A stretch of 64,000 bases of DNA from Oceanispirochaeta sp. (GTDB lineage: Bacteria > Spirochaetota > Spirochaetia > DSM-2461), in assembly GCA_963676905.2 (NCBI GenBank), contig CAXXVE010000002.1:241761-305760 (forward strand), read 5' to 3'. The notes under the pieces are model-generated. The model saw only the letters and a list, made by a program, of their open reading frames with translations, was not told the DNA's origin and did no database searches. Positions 19,881-29,783 of this stretch are shown here, piece after piece (within the stretch, counting starts at the first letter, position 1; each line of letters begins with the position of its first letter). Made by a program: the position numbers and the translations under genes.

Positions 19881-21356
19881 CTAATTAGGGGGTGAATCTT
19901 TGGAAAAGGAGAAAGAATTCAGTGTATGGAAATCTTTTTTTTCAATATGGCGGATACTGTTCCCCTTTCTGAACAGAATGAGCCTGTCGGCTATTCTGAG
20001 GGCATCGGAGATACTGAAGGTCAGAATTATAAGTCCAGTTCCCTGTTTCTGCAGAATGCTCATCAGCTTGATGATCTTGAGCCTCTGGTACATGTCGACC
20101 TCTGCAAAGGGCTGTATGCAGAAAAGAACATCCGGTTTCTGCAGGGATATTCTGTTGAAAATCAGTTTGTAACACTCGGTCAGAGAGAGGGAGTAGAGGC
20201 TCTGTGCATCAATGACGGGCCCTGCAATGCTCCTGTATTCATGACTTATATGGCGTTTATACCTCCTGCGGGTCCAGAAAAATCTGATCCTTTTGTCGAT
20301 TGTAAAGCAGAGATTATCGAGATAGCTGATATCCTGAAACAGGGAGGTCTCAATCGGTTTTTCATCAAGAAATGCGAGTTTGCCGCCCGCCTTCCCGAGG
20401 GGGCTTCCGGATATAAGCAGTGCTCCGCTCCGGGGGGGCTTTCTCTTTCTGAGGAGTCCCGAAAGGGGAGCGTTAATTGAATGATCCAGATCCAGCAGCA
20501 CCAGGCACTCTCCCGCCTTGAGGCTGAATGATATGTCGTGTAGATTCTCTTCGCAGAGATTCCTTGCCGTGAGAACTTCCCTTGCTTTATCCGGTCGTGA
20601 TTCGTCCTTTTCTCTTTCCGAGAAGTCCCTGAAGAAACCGTGGGGAAAGCGTGAAATTACGTCCTGGGTCATCTGGTCTTTATGGAGGTTTTTGACTATC
20701 TGGCCGTTTTCCATGAGTACACAGCGGTGGCAGTAGGTGAAGATCTCCTCGTAGTGGTTGCAGATGTAGAGATAGGAAATCCCTTTGGATTCCGCGTAAT
20801 ATTCCATAATTGAAAGAAGCCTTCTAAGGTCATAGGGGCTTGCCGTATTGCTCAGGTCGCAGACAATGACAAGGCGGACTCCGGCCACAATGGACTTGAT
20901 CAGCTCAACGACTTTTTTTTCAAAAAAAGTGAGTTCGTCCACATACTTGTACGGCGGTATCTCAATATTCACCTCGGCGCAGAGCCTGTTGAACTGCTCA
21001 TTCAGTACGGTTCTGTTTATAAGGTATTTTTTCATTCCCTTGCGGACTACAAAGACATTTTCCGCCACTGACATCGTGTCGATCAGGCCGCTCTTGCTCT
21101 CCAGAATATAAACGGGGTTTCCCGACTGCCTCGGTTTACGGTAGTCATTGACAAGAACCTCCGACAGCCAGACGTATCCGTAGTGGATGGGATTGTTGTG
21201 TTCTATAAGCCGGATCAGCTCTTCAAGGCCCTGGGAGTTAACAGGGAGAAGGCCGAGTATCTCTCCCTTGAAGATCCGCATGTTGAAGCTGTTTAAAATA
21301 GCAGAACCTTCTCCTGTCAGGGTTACCCTGTCGAATCTGAAGAGCTCCTCTTTCAC
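19881..21356 (-). CDS. Degenerate RbsA-like ABC ATPase homologue (pseudo-ATPase)
   Basis: Two-NBD layout, but Walker A is replaced by GEILGLLPVNSQGLEE, the signature by LSLTECYKL and Walker B by VLFCIQPFAEVD. Confidence 0.75.
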   Translation of the reverse strand: MKEELFRFDRVTLTGEGSAILNSFNMRIFKGEILGLLPVNSQGLEELIRLIEHNNPIHYGYVWLSEVLVNDYRKPRQSGNPVYILESKSGLIDTMSVAENVFVVRKGMKKYLINRTVLNEQFNRLCAEVNIEIPPYKYVDELTFFEKKVVELIKSIVAGVRLVIVCDLSNTASPYDLRRLLSIMEYYAESKGISYLYICNHYEEIFTYCHRCVLMENGQIVKNLHKDQMTQDVISRFPHGFFRDFSEREKDESRPDKAREVLTARNLCEENLHDISFSLKAGECLVLLDLDHSINAPLSGLLRKRKPPRSGALLISGSPLGKAGGKLAFLDEKPIETSLFQDISYLDNLCFTIDKRIRFFWTRRRYKRHISHEYRSIAGPVIDAQSLYSLSLTECYKLIFNRISLQKPDVLFCIQPFAEVDMYQRLKIIKLMSILQKQGTGLIILTFSISDALRIADRLILFRKGNSIRHIEKKDFHTLNSFSFSKDSPPN

Positions 21357-22378
21357 AGCTCCTCCCGGGATTGTTCAGTGAGGCTGGGAAGGAATATTTC
21401 CACATCACTCCCCACATTGGGGGTACTTGTAATGGTTACGCCGTACTGTTCGCCGAAGAGGAGTTTGATCCTGTTGTTCACATTGAGAATGGCAATTCCC
21501 GTATGCCCGGGGCTCTCCTTCTCATAGTTCCCCAGACTTCGTTCAGAGAGGGATTCATGGAGCTTGCTCAAGCTGGCATTGTTCATGCCTATTCCGTCGT
21601 CACTGACTGTTATAATCAGGTTCCGCTCTGTTTTCTCAATCCGTACGGTCAGTACTCCGTCTCCGACCTTGCGTTCCAGTCCGTGGATAATCCCGTTTTC
21701 CACAATGGGCTGGAGAATCAGCTTGGGAAGCTTGTAGCGGGACAGTTCTTCGGTTATATCCACGTCTCTTAAAATTCTCAGCTGCAGCCTCTTGCCGAAT
21801 CGGTACTGCTGGATAAGAAAATATGTCTGTACGCTGTCCAGTTCATTTTCAAGAGATACAAGATTGTCCATATTGCTGATGGTGTAGCGGAAGAATCTGG
21901 AGAGGGCCTCTGTCATTTCGGCTATCGAGGTGAGGCCGGCTTCCATGGCTTCGCTCCGGATACCCTCCAGGGTGTTGTAGAGAAAGTGGGGGTTTATCTG
22001 ATTCTGAAGAGCCAGGAACTGCTCCTGCCTTTTTCCGGCCTGAAGAAAGTCCCGGGTATCAAGAAGTTTGTTGATTCTGTACACCATGCCCTGCATGCCC
22101 TCGCTGTAGGGGATGTCAATCTTATAAATTTCATCCAGAGTGAGACCCGCAGTAAAGAGCCTGAGGATCTTTTCTGTCTCCCGGAAGGGCCGGTGAACTC
22201 GCAATGCAAAGAACAGGATTCCCGCAGCGAAGTAGAGGGTGAAGAGCAGGGGGCCTGTCAATGTGACCCTCCCCGTGAACCACAGACCCCAGAGTATGCA
22301 GAGGTTTACGGCGCTTCCCAGGCAGACAAAAAGGAACAGGTAGTAGATGCGGTTCAGAAGAGGTCTTTTCAGGCTCAT
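21353..22378 (-). CDS. YesM/LytS-type sensor histidine kinase without an extracytoplasmic domain
   Basis: LQNQINPHFLYNTLE, LQPIVENGIIHG, DDGIGM; only two short N-terminal TMs. Confidence 0.9.
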   Translation of the reverse strand: MSLKRPLLNRIYYLFLFVCLGSAVNLCILWGLWFTGRVTLTGPLLFTLYFAAGILFFALRVHRPFRETEKILRLFTAGLTLDEIYKIDIPYSEGMQGMVYRINKLLDTRDFLQAGKRQEQFLALQNQINPHFLYNTLEGIRSEAMEAGLTSIAEMTEALSRFFRYTISNMDNLVSLENELDSVQTYFLIQQYRFGKRLQLRILRDVDITEELSRYKLPKLILQPIVENGIIHGLERKVGDGVLTVRIEKTERNLIITVSDDGIGMNNASLSKLHESLSERSLGNYEKESPGHTGIAILNVNNRIKLLFGEQYGVTITSTPNVGSDVEIFLPSLTEQSREEL

Positions 22379-22381
22379 GAA

Positions 22382-24028
22382 TCAACCGTAAATTTTCCGG
22401 AATTCACTGGGCTTCAGTCCGGTATGCTTTTTGAAAAGTTTTGTAAAATATTTTGTGTCGTTGTATCCCACATCAGAGGCTATGGACGAGACTGTCCTGT
22501 TGCCTGACCTGAGAATCTCCTTCGCCTTCTCCATCCGGACGGCCGTCAGGTAATCAAGGAATCCTTCGCCAGTCTGTTGTTTGAAAAGAGCGCTGAAATA
22601 GGAGCCGCTCAATCCTGCCGACAGGGCTACCTTGTCAAGGGAGAGGGTATTCTCGCTGTAGTTCCGGGATATATAGATCTTTGCATCCCGTATAGGCTGA
22701 CTGTCCTCCTGTTCCTTGACAGCCTTCAGGCTTGAGAATTGAGAGTGAATAAGATCTTTCAGATACTGGTTTATCTGACCCGTACTCTTGAGAAGGTTCA
22801 GATCCCTGTCAAACTCCTTTTCAACCTCCTGGACGGAGAGATCCCTGTAGTTTCTGTCCTTAAGAAGCAGGAAAAACCGGTGTCCCGCCTCCCTTACAGT
22901 TTCAAGTACCATCATCCCTGTGCTGTGATCCTCGTTGACAAGCTGGTCCATAAGGGTCTCTACAGCCGAAATCCCCGCTTCCGAATCGAGTAGGTCGCAA
23001 ACCGGTTCCATCTTTCTGTTCCACTCAGCAAGATATTTATCGCAAATCCCCTTTTCGTATTTGGGAAGGTCCTCAAACATATAGATTCCAGGTGTCAGAA
23101 GCCTCTCTGCAATGAGAAGCTCCGTGTCTTTCCATGATGCCCGGAGCTCTTCGGGTTGGAGAACCGGACTGCCCAGTGAAAAGAAAATCTCCGATGACTC
23201 GAAAATCTTCATGTTGACAGTCAATTCATTGTATATAAGCCGCAGCTTGTGACGTATCTCGTTTTTGGAGGAGGCCGGAAAGTTTATAAGGAGATAAATT
23301 CTGCACTCTTTCTCAACATACTCATAGTCAAAGCAGTGGCTGTTCAGATGCATCTGGAAGAGGCTGTCCGCTTTTTCAGACATCCTCTCCATTATTTTTC
23401 CCGAGAAAGATCCGGGACTGCAGTCCAGCTTGAACTGGATAATCTGCAGGTTCCCCTCCTGAAAGCTGAATCCGTAGGATTCGTTAATGGCTTTTATAGA
23501 ATTGACTGATCCGGAGGGGCTTGAAAACACATACTCTGTAAAAAAATCTTTCCTGAGCTTTTTCTTGCTCCTGTCCCACTTTTCCTGAAGCTGAAGGCTT
23601 GACTGCTCACTCTTTCTTTTGGCTATAAACTTCCGGGAGATCCTGTAGAGTGTATCGTTCAGCTCTGTCTGTTTAATGGGTTTGAGCAGATAGTCCTCCA
23701 CTCCGTATCGCAGGGCTTTATGGGCATACTCAAACTGGTGGTGACCGCTGATTATAATAAACTCAACCTTATGGTTCTGCTCCTTTATTTTGGCAATGAG
23801 TTCCAAACCGTCCATTCCGGGCATTCTTATATCGGTAATAACAAGATCGGGCTGTTCCTGCCTTATCAGATTCAGACCCTCAAGACCGTTGTAGGCGGTT
23901 CCGACAACAGTCATCTGATGCTGTTCCCAGTCGGCAAGCTGCAGAACAAGACGGCAGACTTTTTCTTCATCATCCAGAACAGCAACAGTAATAGGAGAGA
24001 GTTCATTAGTGGACGTACTATCATTCAT
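22382..24028 (-). CDS. YesN-type response regulator (REC + AraC HTH)
   Basis: VLDDE, ITDIRMPGMDG, C-terminal SIASDVGYNDTKYFTKLFKK. Confidence 0.93.
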   Translation of the reverse strand: MNDSTSTNELSPITVAVLDDEEKVCRLVLQLADWEQHQMTVVGTAYNGLEGLNLIRQEQPDLVITDIRMPGMDGLELIAKIKEQNHKVEFIIISGHHQFEYAHKALRYGVEDYLLKPIKQTELNDTLYRISRKFIAKRKSEQSSLQLQEKWDRSKKKLRKDFFTEYVFSSPSGSVNSIKAINESYGFSFQEGNLQIIQFKLDCSPGSFSGKIMERMSEKADSLFQMHLNSHCFDYEYVEKECRIYLLINFPASSKNEIRHKLRLIYNELTVNMKIFESSEIFFSLGSPVLQPEELRASWKDTELLIAERLLTPGIYMFEDLPKYEKGICDKYLAEWNRKMEPVCDLLDSEAGISAVETLMDQLVNEDHSTGMMVLETVREAGHRFFLLLKDRNYRDLSVQEVEKEFDRDLNLLKSTGQINQYLKDLIHSQFSSLKAVKEQEDSQPIRDAKIYISRNYSENTLSLDKVALSAGLSGSYFSALFKQQTGEGFLDYLTAVRMEKAKEILRSGNRTVSSIASDVGYNDTKYFTKLFKKHTGLKPSEFRKIYG

Positions 24029-24148
24029 AATCGACCATATTATTCCTCTTTAGGGTTTCCGTCGAGGTATTTCTGATGATTCCATCTTGCAGCAGTACTT
24101 TCAGAAAGGCAGCCTGTATTAAATGAAATCACTGAAATATTTCAAAAT

Positions 24149-24259
24149 ATGTAACCGATAACATCTAATTTCTTGACATAATCCGGTTTATAAGTCCTTT
24201 AAATGTGTTTTTAAGACTTTCATTTTTTATTATTGCAGATATAATGAAACCGGTTACAT
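24149..24259. promoter_or_regulatory. Two LacI-type operators (consensus ATGTAACCGGTTACAT) in the divergent promoter region
   Basis: atgtaaccgataacat at 24149-24164 and atgaaaccggttacat at 24244-24259; the latter abuts TATAAT at 24240-24245. Confidence 0.65.
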
Positions 24260-24325
24260 CCCCTTGGGCCTCTCATTTATACGGCCGCATTTACATCACA
24301 GGGCAAGTTTGTAAAAGGATCAATA

Positions 24326-24982
24326 ATGGACATATCGATATCATTTAAACATTACTGGACCCGGTTCGCAGGAAAATATCCCGTTCTTGCAGATTTGGAA
24401 GGACCTTTATATGAAGCCGCTTCGGGGATCTGCTCGGCCTATGAGAAAAAGGGGAAACTTCTAATTGCGGGAAATGGAGGAAGCGCAGCCGACGCCGATC
24501 ACATCATTGGCGAGCTGGGCAAGGGCTTTGTGTTAAAAAGGTCCCTCTCCAGGGAACAGAGGACCCTTTTAAACAGGGATACACGCTGGGGCGAGAAGCT
24601 GCTGCCCTTTCTTCAGCAGGGGCTTCCTGCCATAAACCTGCTCTCAATGCCTGCGCTTAATTCCGCCTTCGGAAATGACCAGAATGCCGCGGTGACGGCT
24701 GCTCAGAACCTCCTTACTTTTGCCTCCGGTGACGATCTCTTCCTGGGGCTCTCCACATCAGGGAATTCCGAAAACATCGTACTCGCCGCATACACAGCCC
24801 GGCAGCTCGGCCTTCGGGTTATATGCATGACGGGAAGAAAGGTGAGCCTGCTCTCGGAGCTGAGTGATACAGCCATCCGTGTCCCGGCAGATGAAACTTT
24901 TGAGATTCAGGAGTACCATCTTCCTGTCTATCACTTTCTCTGTCTGGTGGTGGAGCATTATTTTTTCGGCGAGGAGGGCTGA
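24326..24982 (+). CDS. SIS-domain sugar-phosphate isomerase (GmhA-like)
   Basis: AGNGGSAADADHI.GEL, LSTSGNSEN, IQEYHLPVYH. Confidence 0.88.
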   Translation: MDISISFKHYWTRFAGKYPVLADLEGPLYEAASGICSAYEKKGKLLIAGNGGSAADADHIIGELGKGFVLKRSLSREQRTLLNRDTRWGEKLLPFLQQGLPAINLLSMPALNSAFGNDQNAAVTAAQNLLTFASGDDLFLGLSTSGNSENIVLAAYTARQLGLRVICMTGRKVSLLSELSDTAIRVPADETFEIQEYHLPVYHFLCLVVEHYFFGEEG

Positions 24983-24983
24983 C

Positions 24984-25874
24984 GTGCTGATCGGAATTGA
25001 TATCGGAGGTACAAAAACTGCAGTTATATGGGGAAAGGAAGACGGGACTGTCACTGACAGAGTCCAGTTTCCCACAGGCCCCTGGCAGGACACCCTTGAC
25101 CGCTGCATCAGTATCCTTCGAGAGGCCGGCGGGATTGAAGGAGCTTCGGCTGTGGGAATCAGCTGCGGAGGGCCTCTGGATTCTCAAAAGGGTGTGATTC
25201 AGTCCCCTCCGAACCTTCCCGGGTGGGATAATGTGCCGGTTACCCGCTTTTTTTCAGAGAGCCTCGGCATTCCGGCATTCCTTGAAAACGATGCTAACGC
25301 CGGGGCGCTGGCGGAGTGGACCTGGGGGGTTGTGAAGGGGTGCCGCAACATGCTTTTTCTTACCTTCGGGACAGGGCTGGGAGCCGGAATCATCCTGGAC
25401 GGACGGCTTTATCGTGGGACCACTGGAATGGCCGGAGAGCTGGGCCACTGGAGGCTGGAAGACACAGGGCCTGAAGGGTATGGAAAGAGAGGCTCTTTTG
25501 AAGGCTTCTGCAGCGGCGGAGGAATCTCCCGGCTCCACAAAATGAATACGGGAGAAGAGTTCACTGCAGAGAAAATCTGCCGTCTGGCCGGGCAGGGCGA
25601 TCCTTCCTGCCTGGATACGGTTGAGACAAGCGCCCGGCATCTGGGAGCGGGGCTTTCACTCGTTATTGATCTATTGAATCCCCAGTACATTGTCCTTGGA
25701 AGCATTTATGTCCGCTCCGGGGAGCTGTTCAGACAGAAGATGGAGGATGTAATCCGGGAAGAGGTCCTCCCTGAGGCAGGACGCTGCTGTCGTATTGTTC
25801 CCTCAAGCCTGAAGGAGAGTATAGGCGATCTGGCCGCTCTGTCAGTGGCCGCTCATAAATCCCATTCACTCTAG
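24984..25874 (+). CDS. ROK family sugar kinase
   Basis: GIDIGGTKT, ENDANAGALAE, GTGLGAG, GELGH, GSFEGFCSG; GTG start at 24984. Confidence 0.92.
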   Translation: MLIGIDIGGTKTAVIWGKEDGTVTDRVQFPTGPWQDTLDRCISILREAGGIEGASAVGISCGGPLDSQKGVIQSPPNLPGWDNVPVTRFFSESLGIPAFLENDANAGALAEWTWGVVKGCRNMLFLTFGTGLGAGIILDGRLYRGTTGMAGELGHWRLEDTGPEGYGKRGSFEGFCSGGGISRLHKMNTGEEFTAEKICRLAGQGDPSCLDTVETSARHLGAGLSLVIDLLNPQYIVLGSIYVRSGELFRQKMEDVIREEVLPEAGRCCRIVPSSLKESIGDLAALSVAAHKSHSL

Positions 25875-26500
25875 ACGTGGGCTTTCCACTGGGACGGCTC
25901 AAGTTTCATATCTGAAAAACGGGCTGTGAAGGACGAGTCCCCGGGGCTGCAGGCATAAAAGCCGAACCGGACTGTACTTTCTGCAGGCATCGGAGGGTCC
26001 GCCTTGCCCATCAAAGAGCTTGTTTCTCCCAGTGTGTGAAGGTGGAAGACCCTCATCTGGCTGAACTCTCTTCCGTTCCCGGAGTACTCAATCAGAAAGT
26101 CAGGTCCCCGCCGGCTCAGGCGGTACCATATTTCGGAGGGCAGGGGGATATCGCTGGTGGCCCAGTCGGAATAGCCCGAGTTTGTGACCACACTACCCAG
26201 ACGGGAGAAGTCGTTGTTCTCATATTCTATAGAGGCCTTGAACCAGTTTTCACTGTCTTTATAGATAATCAGGCCGCACTGATCGAACTGATGTTGATAC
26301 TGGAAGCTGACCCGGGTTGTAAAGGAGAAGTTTTCACTGCTTGAAAAGAGAAGGGCAGGTGCGTTGTCATTCCTGAATCCATAGTAGGACCTCTGCCAGA
26401 AGTCGGTCCCCGGATCGGTTATGATTTCTACACTCTCGTCAGTCATTCTGAAATCCGACGGTTTGTTAATCCATTCACCCGCCGCAAGATCAATCATCAT
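25871..26500 (-). CDS. DUF1349 family protein
   Basis: TDFWQRSYYGF, QFDQCGL, WFKASIE, GFYACSP. Confidence 0.85.
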   Translation of the reverse strand: MMIDLAAGEWINKPSDFRMTDESVEIITDPGTDFWQRSYYGFRNDNAPALLFSSSENFSFTTRVSFQYQHQFDQCGLIIYKDSENWFKASIEYENNDFSRLGSVVTNSGYSDWATSDIPLPSEIWYRLSRRGPDFLIEYSGNGREFSQMRVFHLHTLGETSSLMGKADPPMPAESTVRFGFYACSPGDSSFTARFSDMKLEPSQWKAHV

Positions 26501-26567
26501 AAGAACCTCCTGGCCGCACCCCGTGCGCTTAGAGTATATCAGGCAATGACCTTTCTTTCATCGAAAA

Positions 26568-26930
26568 TTATTGAGGGCTGAGCAGTTTACCTGATATTCT
26601 GGCTCCCGGCAGAACGCAGGAGATCCCCTTTTCCGCATCCTGATAGATCACATCGTCAATGCAGTGGATAAAGTCCATTATACAGGGGCATATCAGTGTG
26701 TAGAGGACCTTGTTGCCGTCCTTCTGGTTATAGAGAATACCAGCCTGCTTCAGAACCGAGAGATGTTTGGATACCGTAGACACATCCGCCCCTACGGCCT
26801 GGGTGAGCTCATTCACTGACAGGCTCTCTTTTGCAAGAATCTGTACCATGAAAATCCTGGTCGGATGGCCCAGGGCCTTAATCACCTTTGCTCTGGCTTC
26901 GGCAAGTTTTTTCTCTTTTTCATAATCCAT
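26568..26930 (-). CDS. arsR: ArsR/SmtB family repressor
   Basis: KALGHPTRI, VSTVSKHLSVLK, CPCIMDFIHC; divergent from acr3. Confidence 0.88.
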   Translation of the reverse strand: MDYEKEKKLAEARAKVIKALGHPTRIFMVQILAKESLSVNELTQAVGADVSTVSKHLSVLKQAGILYNQKDGNKVLYTLICPCIMDFIHCIDDVIYQDAEKGISCVLPGARISGKLLSPQ

Positions 26931-26959
26931 GTTAGAATGTGATGATTTTTCCCCATATG

Positions 26960-26999
26960 GTCAATCTCTTATTGACTCTATTTGGCATTTTTGCCAAAT
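26960..26999. promoter_or_regulatory. ArsR operator-like palindrome ATTTGGCA-N4-TGCCAAAT (26980-26999) and back-to-back -35 elements
   Basis: Perfect 8-bp inverted repeat between the divergent genes; gtcaat..attgac at 26960-26976. Confidence 0.65.
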
Positions 27000-27031
27000 T
27001 GCCAATATAAAGAATGATAAGGAGACAGTAA

Positions 27032-28081
27032 ATGTCTGATAAAAAGATAGGCTTTTTTGCCAAATACCTGACCCTGTGGGTCGCCGTCTGCATCGCCCTG
27101 GGGGTTGTGATCGGTGTCGTTTTTCCCGAAGTGCCCGATCTGCTTGGAAAACTGGAGTATGCGAATGTATCAATTCCCGTAGCCGTACTGATCTGGCTGA
27201 TGATCTTTCCTATGATGCTTAAAGTGGATTTCAAGAGCATTGTGAACGCCGGTAAGAAGCCCAAGGGCCTTTTTATTACCCTTGTCATAAACTGGCTTAT
27301 CAAACCCTTTACCATGTATCTCATTGCCTGGTTCTTCCTCAAGGTTGTATTCAGGGCCTTTATTCCCGACTTTCTGGCAACAGACTATATTGCCGGCGCT
27401 GTTCTTCTGGGGGCGGCTCCCTGTACAGCCATGGTTTTTGTCTGGAGCTATCTTTCCGATGGAGATCCGGGATACACAGTGGTCCAGGTCGCCGTGAACG
27501 ACCTGATCATCCTCCTTGCCTTTGCTCCCATAGTTGCCCTGCTGCTCGGGGTCAACAATGTTCAGGTACCCATGGATACACTCTTCCTCTCAGTTGTCCT
27601 CTTTGTTGTTATTCCCCTTGCTGCGGGATTTATTACACGGAATATCCTTATCAAAAGCCATGGTAAAGACTGGTTTGACAATGTGTTCTGCAAGAAGTTC
27701 GATGGAATTACCGAGGCCGGTCTTCTTCTGACCCTTGTAATCATCTTCTCCTTTCAGGGTGAAACGATTCTGGCCAATCCTCTTGCCATCCTGCTGATTG
27801 CCATTCCTCTTATCATTCAGACCTACTTTATCTTCTTCCTTGGATTCGGCTGGTCAAAGCTCTGGAAGGTTCCCTATCAGGTGGCGGCACCTTCGGGAAT
27901 GATCGGAGCATCTAACTTTTTTGAGCTGGCTGTAGCTGTCGCCATCAGCCTCTTCGGTATGTCTTCCGGGGCAACACTGGCTACGGTTGTAGGGGTTCTT
28001 GTAGAAGTTCCTGTGATGCTGAGCCTTGTAAAAATAGCCCGGTCCATGAAAGACAGATACCCTCAGCAGGAGATTGCATAA
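27032..28081 (+). CDS. acr3: ACR3 family arsenite efflux pump
   Basis: KYLTLWV, MIFPMMLKVDF, NWLIKPFTM, GAAPCTAMVFVWS, ASNFFELAVA, VEVPVML. Confidence 0.95.
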   Translation: MSDKKIGFFAKYLTLWVAVCIALGVVIGVVFPEVPDLLGKLEYANVSIPVAVLIWLMIFPMMLKVDFKSIVNAGKKPKGLFITLVINWLIKPFTMYLIAWFFLKVVFRAFIPDFLATDYIAGAVLLGAAPCTAMVFVWSYLSDGDPGYTVVQVAVNDLIILLAFAPIVALLLGVNNVQVPMDTLFLSVVLFVVIPLAAGFITRNILIKSHGKDWFDNVFCKKFDGITEAGLLLTLVIIFSFQGETILANPLAILLIAIPLIIQTYFIFFLGFGWSKLWKVPYQVAAPSGMIGASNFFELAVAVAISLFGMSSGATLATVVGVLVEVPVMLSLVKIARSMKDRYPQQEIA

Positions 28082-28084
28082 TTT

Positions 28085-29734
28085 ATGAAAACCATCATTA
28101 TCGGCGGAGTGGCCGCGGGGACCTCGGTTGCCGCAAAGTTAAGAAGAAATGACGAAGACAGGGAGATTGTGATCTATGAGAAGGGGAGCTATATCTCCTA
28201 CTCAACCTGCGGCATGCCCTACCTGATCGGACGGGAGGATATTGCAGCCGGGGACCTCACTCCCAGAGATCCCGCCTGGTTTGCAGGGCGCTTTCTTATC
28301 GATATCAAAACCCGTCACGAGGTCGTGAAAATATCCCCTGCCGAGAAGATCCTTGAGGTCAGGGATCTTGATAGCGGTCAGGTTATCACCGAATCATATG
28401 ATGATCTGGTTCTGGCCACAGGCAGCAGCGCCGTTCTTCCTCCCATAGCCGGGATCGATGCTGATAATGTGTTTACCCTCAAGACCATGGAGGACACCCT
28501 TGCCCTGAACCAGTTTTTAAAGGCCCATAGCGTAAAGGATGCCGTTGTGATCGGCGCCGGATTTATCGGACTTGAGATCTTCGAGAATCTTCTGGAACGG
28601 GGGATTTCGACCACCCTTGTTGAGGCTAAAGAGAGCCTCATGCCCGTCATCGATGACGATATGAGTGTCTGGATCGAAGATTACTTTACAAAGAAATCAC
28701 TAAACTACTGCCTGGGGGAACTGGCCGCCTCCATCGAAGGCGGAGTTGTGAAAACAAAATCAGGAAAAGAGTTCAGCGCCGATGTTGTGATTGTCTCTGC
28801 CGGAGTTCGGCCTGAGACCGCTCTGGCCCGGGAGGCGGGAGCCCGGATCGGGTCCACCGGTGCCGTAAAGGTGGATGAACAGATGAACACTTCGGTTCCC
28901 GGAATCAAGGCGGTTGGAGACTGCGCCGAAGTCTGGTCCGTGTCTACGGGAAAACCGATGTACAGGCCCATGGGTTCCACTGCCAACAAAATGGGCCGGA
29001 TTGCTGGAGATTCATTGAGCGGGGTAGACCTGAAGTTCCGGGGTGTTCTTGGAACGGGAATCGTCAAGTTCGGGGATCTGCATATCGGTTTTACAGGGCT
29101 CACTGAGAGTGATGCTCTGGCTCAGGGGTATGATGTGGAGGTCATCCACAATATCAAGGAGAACCAGAGCAAATACCTCCCCGAAAGCCGGGAGATGGTT
29201 ATCAAGGCCGTTGCCGACAGGCAGACTGGAAAACTCCTGGGAGTCCAGATCATCGGGGAGAGGGGAGTGGACAAGAGGCTGGATGTCTTTGTAACTGCCA
29301 TCACCTTCGGAGGCACTGTGGAGGACCTCTTTCATCTGGATCTCTCCTATGCACCTCCTTTTTCGACAACAAAGGACCCTGTTATGTACACCGGAATGAT
29401 TCTCAATAATGCAATCCGGGAGAATAGAAGGATTATCACTCCCAGACAGCTTATGGGAAATGAGGACAAGTATCAGATTATCGATGTGAGGTCTGCCAAA
29501 GACTACGGGAAGGGCCACATCCCCGGAGCCCTCAACATCCCCCTGGGTAAACTGAGGGAAAGACTGGGAGAGCTTGATAAAAGCAGACCAACCATTACCC
29601 ACTGCAACAAGGGTGTCACAGGCAATGCTGGGCAGAACCTTCTGCTGAACAGCGGATTCTCCGAGGTTTACAACATCTCAGGCGGTTACAAGAACTACAA
29701 GGTCTACACTGCATTCAGAGGTGCAAAAGGCTGA
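28085..29734 (+). CDS. CoA-disulfide/persulfide reductase with C-terminal rhodanese domain
   Basis: IGGVAAG, SYSTCGMPY, GAGFIGLE, LSYAPPFS, rhodanese HCNKG. Confidence 0.9.
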   Translation: MKTIIIGGVAAGTSVAAKLRRNDEDREIVIYEKGSYISYSTCGMPYLIGREDIAAGDLTPRDPAWFAGRFLIDIKTRHEVVKISPAEKILEVRDLDSGQVITESYDDLVLATGSSAVLPPIAGIDADNVFTLKTMEDTLALNQFLKAHSVKDAVVIGAGFIGLEIFENLLERGISTTLVEAKESLMPVIDDDMSVWIEDYFTKKSLNYCLGELAASIEGGVVKTKSGKEFSADVVIVSAGVRPETALAREAGARIGSTGAVKVDEQMNTSVPGIKAVGDCAEVWSVSTGKPMYRPMGSTANKMGRIAGDSLSGVDLKFRGVLGTGIVKFGDLHIGFTGLTESDALAQGYDVEVIHNIKENQSKYLPESREMVIKAVADRQTGKLLGVQIIGERGVDKRLDVFVTAITFGGTVEDLFHLDLSYAPPFSTTKDPVMYTGMILNNAIRENRRIITPRQLMGNEDKYQIIDVRSAKDYGKGHIPGALNIPLGKLRERLGELDKSRPTITHCNKGVTGNAGQNLLLNSGFSEVYNISGGYKNYKVYTAFRGAKG

Positions 29735-29752
29735 CAGCTCAAGAGAGAATAA

Positions 29753-29780
29753 ACGGCCGGAGAGAATCTTTTCCGGCTGT
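29753..29780. terminator. Hairpin between convergent genes
   Basis: acggccgga / tccggctgt stem. Confidence 0.55.
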
Positions 29781-29783
29781 CTC

